Source of the DNA: Selaginella moellendorffii
Lineage: Eukaryota > Plantae > Lycopodiophyta
Direction: 5' to 3'
Assembly (NCBI RefSeq): GCF_000143415.4
Contig: NW_003314393.1
Coordinates: 125,644-189,643, forward strand
DNA: 64,000 bases
In this document: positions 38,471-49,970 of the stretch, in pieces
Position numbering within the stretch: the first letter of the stretch is position 1
Layout: each line of letters starts with the position of its first letter
The notes under the pieces: model-generated
Told to the model about the DNA's origin: nothing
Database searches by the model: none
Seen by the model: only the letters and a program-made list of their open reading frames with translations
Position numbers and translations under genes: made by a program

Positions 38471-38981
38471 NNNNNNNNNNNNNNNNNNNNNNNNNNNNNN
38501 NNNNNNNNNNNNNNNNNNNNNNNNNNNNNNNNNNNNNNNNNNNNNNNNNNNNNNNNNNNNNNNNNNNNNNNNNNNNNNNNNNNNNNNNNNNNNNNNNNNN
38601 NNNNNNNNNNNNNNNNNNNNNNNNNNNNNNNNNNNNNNNNNNNNNNNNNNNNNNNNNNNNNNNNNNNNNNNNNNNNNNNNNNNNNNNNNNNNNNNNNNNN
38701 NNNNNNNNNNNNNNNNNNNNNNNNNNNNNNNNNNNNNNNNNNNNNNNNNNNNNNNNNNNNNNNNNNNNNNNNNNNNNNNNNNNNNNNNNNNNNNNNNNNN
38801 NNNNNNNNNNNNNNNNNNNNNNNNNNNNNNNNNNNNNNNNNNNNNNNNNNNNNNNNNNNNNNNNNNNNNNNNNNNNNNNNNNNNNNNNNNNNNNNNNNNN
38901 NNNNNNNNNNNNNNNNNNNNNNNNNNNNNNNNNNNNNNNNNNNNNNNNNNNNNNNNNNNNNNNNNNNNNNNNNNNNNNNNN
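38471..38981. other. Assembly gap
   Basis: N run. Confidence 1.
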
Positions 38982-39989
38982 ATTGGTCTCTTGTATCCCT
39001 TTTCTAGAGATCACTTATTGCTTGCTTCATGCTTGTACCTTGAGCACTTCATTGGGAGTCAACTCCCACTCTCGACTGTCCAAGTTAGCACTTTTAGTCC
39101 AAACATGTTACTCTTGTTTGGCTTCCACTACCAATATAGCAATATAACAATATACCCTTGAGCCTCACTTTGACTGATGTTGACCACATGGTCAAAACTA
39201 GAACCTAACAATTCTTACCCCCCAACAAAGTTCATGTCCCAAAGATGAGTTTTACCGGTGATCATCCTTTCTGGGAAACCCTGCTCAAGCTCCTAGTCCA
39301 TCTTCCATAGCTATATATATTAAGGAGGCATTACTTCATATGGACCAGTATATCGATGGGAAAGTTTGTCACTCTTCCCTATTCATAAAGGTGTTGGGGG
39401 AAAGAGGGGTGCCTCCCCCAACGCTCGCTCAAACACGAGATGTGCTTTAATGCTCTTTGCAAAAATGCCCCCCCTTGCTCTTGTGGGGCAAGGGTTTTAT
39501 ACAAGGAAGATGGGGAATATTCTGAGGACCAAAATAATCCCTCTCTTTCTCTCACTCTCTTGGTGGCCACGCCCTAACATGCGACCACGGTGGATCGCAC
39601 TGGCTCCAGACACGTGAGAACCCTCTGAAGAGTGTAGAGTGTACCTCTGCTACTGATGCCAAGTGTTGGTAGCTGCATGAAATAGTAGAAACTCTAGAAA
39701 ACAAAGTGGAAAAGAAAGAAAAGAGGTAGGTGTGAAATTTGGAGATAGGGAGGAAAACCTGGTGGGAAACCCTGTAGTTAAACTGGACCCTAAAGTTAAA
39801 GAAAAGTGTAGAAAAAGTATGAAAATAGGAGGAAAATAGAGGAAAAAGAGTGAGCATCCAAAGAATTTAACCCGTACCTGGATTTTGGCTCAAGAAAGTG
39901 TAATATGCAAATGTAGCCTTTTGATGACTTCCAGCATTTCTCGTGTTTGAGTGAGCATCGGGGGAGGCTCCCCTCCTTCCCCCAATAAA

Positions 39990-40007
39990 TGGTGAACCCG
40001 ATGTGAA
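39990..40007 (+). other. Primer-binding site complementary to tRNA-Trp
   Basis: TGGTGAACCCGATGTGAA matches the complement of the plant tRNA-Trp 3' end (recalled sequence) with one mismatch. Confidence 0.75.
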
Positions 40008-41103
40008 CGCGTAGGACTTTCTGAAGCGTCATTTCTCTCTTTTTCTTTTGGCTGCAGAATTTGGGAAGGAATTCCTAGTTTGTCTTGTTTTGGTTTTGTT
40101 TGATCTTGGGCGTGTTGGATAGGTCTGGAGCTCCTCTTTCCAGCAAGGTATGGCGCTCATCAAGCCGTGCAGTATTTGAAGAGATACAATGTTTCTTGGC
40201 TCGGTTTGAGGAACAGTTTAGGGTTTTCACTTTCTTGCCTAGATCCTCAGCCCAATTTCTCAGAGTAGTGCACTTAGGCTTGTAAATCTAGCCTAGATCT
40301 ACGAGTAGGGGTGATTCTTGGCACTAGATTTGGCCAAATTGGCGGCATACAAAAGGATTTTCTTCTCCGGCTAGACTGGGTCATTTTTGTGGCAAGAATT
40401 CGTGCTCCTCCGGGCTTTGTTTTGGATGCCGTTTGTTTCTAGAGGTGCTCATGGTCCTAGGCTTTCCGAAAATACCAACAGCGCCTTATTATCAATCTAC
40501 ATCAGTGATATGCACATGTTTTTCCACAATATTAGCATTCTGGGCGACCTCTTTTTGGATTTTGGGGAATATTGAGGTGGCTTCTTCCCAAATTCCTACA
40601 ATAGAGGGTAGACAGGGCTAAGCCTTTTCCAACAAGCCCACCAACAGTCAAAATGGAGAAGGATCAAGACCAAAGGACTCATTTTTCTCTTTTGGGTTAA
40701 ACTTTGTTAGGGGTTCCTTGGGAAGGAAGTAATCTTCAAGGAATAGATAGCCGTAGGAATAAGAACAAGAGGAGCAGGAACAAGAGTTGGCGTAGGAACA
40801 GGGACAGTAGGAACAAGCACAGGGATAGGAGTTGGTGTTAGAGCAGGCGCAAGAGTAGGAGTGAGAGCGGGGGGGGTTACCAGTTACAGGTTACAGGTCC
40901 TTAGTTACCGGTTACTGGTTATTCTAGCGGCTACTCTAGCGGCTATTTCGACAGTTACCCTACGGGTCAATGGTTACATGTGCTTGAGGCCTACATCTCC
41001 TTCCATTTTGACCTTTATTTCTCTTTATCATAAGCATTTTGGGCAACTTTGAGCAACTTAAGCACTAGCCTACAGTCTTCTTGCTTTTGTCAACCCAGTT
41101 GCC

Positions 41104-44100
41104 TTGACCGGGCATTTGCAATGTTCAGGGTATTTGATGCTAGTACAAACTAGACGTATGACAAACTGGCACCCTTTTACCATACCTCGAGGCCCTAAGG
41201 TACGAAGTAACCTTTCTAACATCCAAAGGCAGCTTAGGTACGACACTACACCTTCTCGAGCCGAGTCCTCTTCATCCTCGGCAAATTCCAGTGACTTAGA
41301 TCTACGAGCTATGGCGCAGCCACCTTTAACTCGACCTCAGCTCCATGTTCTGCAGAAGGGGAGTGATCTGCCGACCTTCTTAGGTGTTAGAACAATTTCT
41401 TTAACATCGCATATCAATTGCTTTGATTACTACTACACCACAAACATGATTGTCAATGATGATCATATGTGCTGCGACTTCTTGCAATCTCTTGAAGGCA
41501 AAGCAACAATTTGGGTAGATTTTCTCCTCCTAGAGGACCGGATAGACTTCCAGACACTACTTGCTTCTTTCAGAGAACGCTTCGTTGAAGAAAAACCCAC
41601 AAATCAGCTACTTGTCGACCTCTTTTCGTTTCGGCAGGGTGCTCACAAGTCTATTCCTGACTACATCACATGGTTTCGAGCTTACTGGAAGTAGTGTTGG
41701 GATCGCAGGGTAGTCCAAGATGAGCAACAGGGGATCACGGCATTCACAGCAGGTCTGCGTGGGAACTTGCAATGGAAACTTCTTAAGAAGACGTTTAGGT
41801 CTTGCCACGAGGCATTTTCATTTGCCACAAAGATGGAAAGAGAACTTCTTGTCAACCTAGAGATTACTAGAGTTGATTTCGACCAAGCCATCACCCCATC
41901 AGAGTCACCTTGTGCAACTGTTCGCCTATCCACAACAAAGCTCATCGCTATTGAGCATACACCTCCGGCTATTGAGACCTTTGCCAACAAGATGCAGCAG
42001 CTGAAGGAGATCATTCTTCAGCAACAATCACACCGTGACAAACTACTCCAGGAGCTGATGGAGTCCAGGAAAGAGGCCCGCTACAACTTGGGAACGCAAA
42101 TCTAAATCTCATTGGTGCACTCACTGTGAGACGAACACACACAACACACAGTGCTGCTTCAAGCTTCACCCAAAGCTTCGGCCTTCATCTTCTCAACATG
42201 TCCAACAACATCCCTTTGTTGATAATTCCACATCATCTCGGGGTCCAGAGACGTATCAGAAGCAGTTGGAGTGACAAGCAATCGAGGCAGCCCCTTCGTC
42301 AAGCAAAGGCAAGGCACCAGCCTCATTGGTCAACACAATTTTGGTAGCCAAGGAACTCTATAGGCAACAGCAGCAAACTGCAGCCACTCAAGCCCAAGCG
42401 AAGAAGAAGGCACCCGCTCAGCCTGCCACAGATCCCCTGGTGCCGGTTGAGAGAGAATCTCTATCGGCACCAGATCCAGTGACACAGTGTCACTACTCTC
42501 TTCTCCTCCTGAGATCTCACCAACAACTATTCCTGTTCTAGAGCCGGTTCTTCAACAACTAGTTGACACTCTCGTCACCTTTTTGCTTCAAGACATGTTG
42601 TGTCTTATCCCGGGATTCGGCTAGCATTTAGAGGAGTTTGCACGGTCAAGAACAAAAGAGAGCACTCTCAAAAGGACTCCTCAAGAGGTGCACATTGTTG
42701 ACATGACAAGACATGGTGGAGATCCTGCTCCATTCTTCTTCCCAGTGTAGATTGGTACTTCCTCTTGTAGGATGGATGCTTTGGTTGACTCCGGTTCGGG
42801 ATGCAACATTATCTCTCTTGAAGCTGCCCTTTTATCACAGTTACAAATCATTGAAAGCTCCTCCATCGTGCTCAAAACCTTCACCAACCACACTATTCCT
42901 CCAGTGGGCATTTGCTATGGTGTCAAGGTCTCTGTGTAAGGTGTTATTTCTGAGGTGGATTTCCTCGTGGTTGACTACCAACATCTTGGAACATCCTCTT
43001 TGAAGGACTTTATCGTCCTTGGCCGCTCATGGCAAGTCACAGCCCATTGCACTATTGACAGCGAACAAGGCAAGATAGAAATTAGTGATGGAACCCATAG
43101 CACCACCTTTCTCAACAACCACGGCAGAGCTCTTTCTCAGCAAGCCAAACAGGATCAAAATAAGATGGCCTCCACACCATACTTTCCTCCTGAGCTCACA
43201 AAGGTTTTTCCTGAGTTGGCAATGGAATCGACCATCTATATGACTGATGCTTTCTCATGCAAAGCAATTGACATGGTTAGAGGTGACTCAGATAGCCCAA
43301 GACATCTCTCAACTTCACTCTCTTTATTTGAGAGTAAGGCCGAGCCCCTCGTCATGCCCTCTTTATTTGATGGCGGGGCTTATAGGGTACGGGCTCCCAT
43401 ATCCAGCTTTTCGAAGTGTTTCTCGATAAGGGAAGGGCTTCTTGACTTGTTTCTTGCATGGGACCGACTCTCTCTTATGGAGCTAGATGACACAGTCACT
43501 CCAAACTAGGCTCATCTTTCACAAGACACAGCTAAACTCAATTCTCCTCAGCAACTACCTGAGGTGTCACACAACCAGTATCTTCCTACTAAAATCGTTG
43601 TAGCTGATGACTCGAAGCGTATTTTGTCATGATGTTTCTTGAAGATGGAGGATGACATCCAGACACAGAACTGGCAGAAAGAATCAAGCCAATCAGACAT
43701 GCTGCATGCGAGTTATAGCTCTTTGAGTTCACAATTTCCTACTGTGGAGCTCCTGGTATAGGTCCAAATGTATTGCACTGAAAATTCAATACCAGACTTG
43801 GACTAGACTTCAGTGGAGGATCTTCCTTCACTTGCAGAGTACTTAGTATAGTCCTTGCATTGGACATCAAGCGCTTAGAGCATCAGAAGCAAAGAGAACA
43901 ACAGACAAAGACTCTGGATCCAATAGTAACGTTTTTGCATGACTTGCTAGAGACAGTCTTGCCAGATGTGGTGTCCCTAGCATCTTTATTTGAAGAAGAG
44001 GACACTCCTATGATTACAGCTTATTTTGACGGTGCTTTTTGCCCCACAAACCAGGTTGCCGGCATTGGAGATTGGATGATTGATTATGCGGAGAACAAAG

Positions 44101-47100
44101 TAGCCGACCTCTCTATCACTTTACCAGCAACATCAGCTAATGAAGCAGAGTACTTGGCGGCTATGAGAGCCATGAAGTTAGCCACAGATCTCAAGTTTAG
44201 GCAAGTCACTTTCGTTGGAGATGCACAACTCATCATATGCCAAATTACTGGAGAATACCAAGTCCGCAAAGAGAACCTGAAAGAGCTATGGCAGCGGGTG
44301 GTCAACCTACAGGATGAGTTCTCTTAGGTGACTTTTCAAAGTGTCCCTCGTGAAGAAAACTTTTGGGCAGACAGGTTATCACATCAAGCAATCACCATGA
44401 TGCAAGAGGCAAAAGGCACTCCCTGCTCTTTGGTTTCCAAGGTCAGGGAGGAATCCAAAATAGATGAGCCCCCTGAGCCCAAGGTTTCTCCAGAATCCAA
44501 GGTTCATGCCATTTTCTTAGGTGATGACAAGGACCCGATCTTTATTGCCACATTGCTTGCTTCAACGAACGCAGCAAAGCTCTTGGATCTCCTTCACTAT
44601 TTCAAGGACGTGTTCCCTTGGGACTACAGCCAGCTTCCAGGAGTTCCCATGGACACGATCATGCACAGTATTATGCTTTCAGAGTCAGCCAAACCAGTCC
44701 GTCAAAAGTTGCGGCATTTCAGCCCGGCAGCTCACTCTGAGATGAAGTTGGAGATTGAGTGATTTCTGGCAGCCGGCTTTATTTACCCTTTGGAGAGCTC
44801 AAAGTGGGTGGCAAATCTCGTCCCTGCATGCAAGGCAAATGGAAAACTCCACCTCTACGTTGACTTTCGAGACTTGAACAAGGTAACTGCGAAAGATCAC
44901 TTTCCGACTCCATTTATCAATGCGATTGTGGATGAGATGATTGGACACTGGTACTACTCTTTCATGGATGGCTTTTCAGGGTACAACCAGATCTTCATTC
45001 ATTCGGATCATCGAGATCTTACAGCCTTCCGGACACCTTGGGGCGTCTTCACTTTCAACATCCTCCCATTTGGCTTGTGTAATGCCAGAGCTACTTTTCA
45101 GCGCTTTATGACCCACGCCTTTCACAACTTGATTAGAGGCACCTTGAGGGTGTATATGGATGATCTGTGCACGACCTCTTACTCCTTTGAGGATCACCTT
45201 GTGCATTTGGAATACATCTTCACTCGCTGCCGACAAGACAGGTTTTCATTGAACCCGGCAAAGTGTAAATTTGGGGTGACTAAAGGGTGGTTACTAGGCT
45301 TTGATGTCTTGCAGGATGGGATCAAGCCCCAGGTAGCTAAGGCGCAAGAGATTCTGGATCGGAACCCACCAACCAACTTGAAGCAGCTTCGTAGCTTCCT
45401 CGGGCAAATGGGTTTCTTTTGCCATTTCCTCCACAACTATGCTGCACATACACGGCCTCTGATAGCTCTGCTACAACACAATGTTCCATTTGTCTAGGGT
45501 GAGTCCTAGCAACAAGCCTTTGAATCACTGAAGCAGTCACTCCACACAGCCCCGGTACTCCAACCACTAGAGCGTCAACTTCCTTTCGATATTTACATCA
45601 CAACGGGCACAGAGGCTTTTGGAGTATGCCTTTGCTAATGTTCACAGCCTGGGAAGCCACCACATGCAACATACTATGCCTCACAATCGTTCAAGGAGAC
45701 TGAGAAGAAGTACGTGGATGCGGAATAAGAAGTAGTGGTTGTTGTTTACACCTTAGAGCAATTTCATCACTTTCTCGCTGGAGCCCGTATCCATTTCCAC
45801 ATCTATTTTAATGTGCTGATCTTTCTTTTACAATGACCAGTTCACAGTCTTGATACTTTATCTTGGATTGTGACCATCCAAGAGTTCCAGCCAACTTTTC
45901 ACATGCGGCGGAAGCATGTGATGGATCCGAGTGAGTTCTTGGTTGCTGAAGCTACTTCCTTTGTGGTCCCAACAGCATTACAGGACATTGCGGTGTACCT
46001 AGATTTAGGTTAGTTCCCAGTAGACTCCTCACCCATGTAACAAAAGGCATTGGAGATCCGAGCATGGGGGTTTTGCCTTCTCGATAGACACCTTTACAAG
46101 AGGACTTCTCAGGAAGTTTAGTTGCGGTGTGTGGGGGAACACGAGGTCCTTGAGCTCCTTCATGCTTTCCACTCTTGTGCGGGGCATTTCTCGGGACGGG
46201 TCACAGCACAGCTCCTCTTGTGCCATGGCTAATTTTGGCCTCGAATTCACCAGAACAACTTGGCCTATGCAAAGGCATGTGAGCAATGCCAACGGTTCAA
46301 CCCCTAGAGCCATGTTCCACATCTTCCTTTCCAGCTCATCACTTCTCTGGGTCCCTTTTTCCAGTGGGGACTTGACTTCGTTGGCCCGATCAACCCACTG
46401 AGCTCAAAAGGACAGCATACATCATCATGGCAATGGACTATTTCACAAAATGGGTTGAAGCCACCCCTCTACGACAGGCAGATCAATAGTCTACAACAAA
46501 GTTTGTCTACAAGTACATCATTTGCCAATTAGGAGTTCCTGCTGTTTTGATTTCCGATTGCGGCAGCAGCTTCCTTAGACAACTGATGCAACATCTTCTC
46601 TAGCAGCTGCAAGTCAAGCACGTGAAGAGCAGCAGCTATTATCTTGAGTGCAATGGCTAGGCAAAGTCTAGCAACAAGATATTGAAAATAGTCATCTCAA
46701 AGCTTGTGGAGGATCACCCAAGGCACTGGCACAAGCACTTGGTTATGGCATTGTGGGCCTTTCAGACGTCCTTCAAGACATCCATCTCCGCAACCCGATT
46801 CTCCCTTGTCTATGGGACAGAGGCTATGCTTCCAGTGGAGATCCAGGTGCCATCACTCTCACTTTCACTTCAATACGCAACAGCGATGCAACTTAGCGAT
46901 GAGGACAAGCTTCATGCATGTGACTTGGAGGTTCTTGCCTTGGAAGAACAGTGATGATCCACATCAGAACATCTACTTTGAGGCAAGCTAAAGATCAAGT
47001 CAGTCATTGATCACCAGCGTTCTGCTGAACCATTTGAGGATGGCGATCTTGTTCTACTCAAGGAGTTTACACTGCCTTTGAAGTTCTCCCCTCGCTGGAC

Positions 47101-47218
47101 CGGCCCCTACTTTGTCTAGTGACACATCGGAGGTGGAGCATAGGTGCTAGTTAATGCTGATGGACATGAGCTCCCACACGCTCACAACCACTCTCATCTC
47201 AAACGCTTCATCCGGTGA
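41104..47218 (+). pseudogene. gag-pol polyprotein with many stops and frameshifts
   Basis: gag 41104-42105; protease LVDSGS ~42780; aRH YFDGA, NEAEY, GDAQL 44009-44400; RT FMDGFSGYNQI, PFGL, YMDD 44790-45497; integrase to ~47218. Confidence 0.9.
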
Positions 47219-49970
47219 GGCGTTCCTCTTCTCTTCTTTTTCTTTTCTCCCTTTCTTTCACTTTACTTTCATGGCTCTTTTTCTTACTTTCAGGGGGTGT
47301 TTCTCCATTGGACCATGGCCCATGCCTTGGATTTTGTGCTCAGGCTACATTGCCGTTTGTATGGATGTTCCTCGCTTGGCTCAGTCTATGTTCCAGGTTC
47401 TTTGGCCCTTCCCTTACCATTACTACACCCCACACATTCCCCTCACTCATTCCATATCATCCACACTTATAGTTCCATCACCAATCGCTTCTAGTCTGGT
47501 TTCCTACACTTATCTCTAGATGCCCGTCTTGCATCTTTCATTCTTTCACCATCATTCACATCTCCATTTGAGGTCATATTTACACCATACCACGGACACA
47601 CATACATGCACCAACAGCAAAAGACACCACCTCATTTGGACTTGCCGTTTCTGAGATATCCTTACGACCATTTGCCGACGACGCACTAGCTTTTTGGAGC
47701 GACTTTCTTCCAACTGGGTGAACCTGGTCATTCAAGGCACCTAGGTGGACCTTTAGGCGAGGCCATAGAAGCCAAAGCCACTTTCTTCTACTCCAACACT
47801 TAGTGGACACATGTCACCTCTCTTTACCGGCAACCCAGCGACTACACCATTCTTTTTAGCTGCTGACTTCTTCAGTCCGACACATCAGACTAGCCAACCT
47901 TCTCAAAGTGCCACCCCATCTCAGTGCTCCACCATATCACTCCACCATATCGGTGCTGGAGCAGGCGCAGGAGTATGAGCGAGAGCATGTGGTTACCAGT
48001 TACAAGTTATAGGTCCCCAGTTATTGGTTACTGGTTACCAGTTACCAGTTACCGGCTACTCTGAGTAGTCAGCGCTTACTCTACAGGCTAATAGTTATCA
48101 ATGGCCACCTTTTCAGAGTCCCACCACCATCTCGGCACTCCATCATATCACTCCATCTTTCATCATTTCCTCACTTACCACCCTTGGGCAACGCATCCCC
48201 TCTTCTACCTCTCTTTCTTTCTCAATTTCGGCCTATCCTTGGAGCATACTGGAAGTCATCAAGAGGCTGCATTTGCATATTACACTTTCCTGAGCCGAAA
48301 TCCAGATACAGGTTAAGTTCTTTGGGTGCTCACTCTTTTTCCTCTATTTTCCTCCTCTTTTCACACTTTTTCTACACTTTTTTTCAACTTTAGGGTTCAG
48401 TTTGACTACAGGGTTTCCCACTGGGTTTTCCTCCTTGTCTCCAAACTTCACACCTACCTCTTTTCTTTCTTTTCCACTTTGTTTTCTAGAGTTTCTACTA
48501 TTTCACGTAGCTACCAGCACCCTAAACCCATCAGTAGCAGAGGTACACTCTACACTCTTCAGAGGGTTCTCACGCGTCTGGAGTGAGCACAATCCACCGT
48601 GGTCGCATGTTAGGGCGTGGCCACCGAGAGAGTGAAAGAGAGAGGGAATATTCTGGTCCTCAGAATATTCCCAATCTTCTTTGTATAAAACCCTTGCCCC
48701 ACAAGGGCAAGGGGGGGCATTTTGGAAAGGGCGTTCGAAGCATTTCTCGTGTTTAAGCGAGCCTTGGGGGAAACACCCCTCCTTCCCCCAACAAAAGCAG
48801 TAAGGTGTTCCGCCGCTCACTTGATGGAAAGATCACTCGCACAAAGATGAGATCACCCACCTTATATTCTCTGAATTAATGATGCTCATTAGCAAACTTC
48901 TCCACTCTATCCTGAGCTGCCTACAAATTCCATTTGCACACCACCAGAATCTCATCAAGTTCTGTGGCCAAATTACTCGCCTCAGAATCAAGCTTATCTT
49001 GAATTTCCTTACTCAAATCCAATCCCAACTCCACCACTGTTTAGGGATGCCTTCCAAACATGGAAAAGTAAGGACTTAGCTTGGTTCCACTGTATTGGCT
49101 ATTATTGTAAGCAAATTGCACCAATGGAAGATAAAGAACTCACTATCCTGGCCTTTGACCAATGCTACAATGTAACATATCCTCCACCACCTGATTCACA
49201 CATTCAGTTTGCCCATCCGTTTAAGGATGATCTCCACTTGAGAGTTTCAAAGTCACTTGCATAGCCTTTGTAAAGCTCTTCCAAAATCCACTGGTGAACT
49301 TTGAAACTCGATCACTAATAATGTCCTTCGGGAAACCAAAATCAAGAAAAAACCTTCTCCAAATAAACCGCAGCCAAGTTTGAAGCGGTGATAGTCTTCT
49401 AAAGAGCCAACAACGGCATATACTTCGTCAACCAATCCACTATGACCCATCCTTTAGTCTCCCTAGACCATGCTATGCCACTTCTTGAGGTTCCTTACCA
49501 CCCAACCACCCCCGAGCTACCTCCAAAGCTCCACTATGCTGCCGTTCCACTATGAGCCCTAGGGTAGGTTAAGTCCTAATATGCCTTAATATACCTTTCA
49601 GCCTCCCTTTGACCAATGTTGACCATATGGTCAAAGCCTTATATTGGTTGCCAAGGACATTTACAGACAACAGCAACAAACTACAACCACCCGAGCAAAA
49701 GGAAAGAAGAAGGTGATCGCTTAGTCAATCAAAGATCCCTTGATATCAATTGCAAGTGACTCTCTGTTTGCACCAAATTTAGTAACATAGTGAGTGGCTT
49801 GTAAACTCCCCTTCAAGTCACTACTCTCATCTCCTCCTAGGATCTAGCTTAGGTAGATTTTGAACTTATGAGTTGAGCTTACGACTTCTCAAACACAAAA
49901 AAAACATTGGCTCATCTTGAACCAACATTTTTTCATCTTTCCAATTTTGATTTAATCTATATTTCCAAGT

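Larger units (their letters stand above)
39392..48793 (+). mobile_element. Tat-type Ty3/gypsy retrotransposon (gag-PR-aRH-RT-RH-INT) with inverted terminal LTR copies
   Basis: 5' LTR 39392-39987; PBS 39990-40007; inverted LTR copy 48247-48793; TSD AAAGG / AAAG(C). Confidence 0.85.
39150..49640 (-). mobile_element. Degenerate Ty3 element (integrase and LTR remnants) split by the Tat insertion; same family as 62857-64000
   Basis: 39150-39391 and 48794-49445 are collinear with 62990-63990; LTR remnant ~49460-49640. Confidence 0.75.

Noticed and set aside
38301-39161. Long ORFs containing X runs (also 50881-51445)
   Set aside because: Artefacts of N gaps.
39392-48793. DIRS or Ginger classification because of the inverted termini
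   Set aside because: It encodes a DDE integrase plus RT and a PBS, with no tyrosine recombinase; Ginger elements lack RT.
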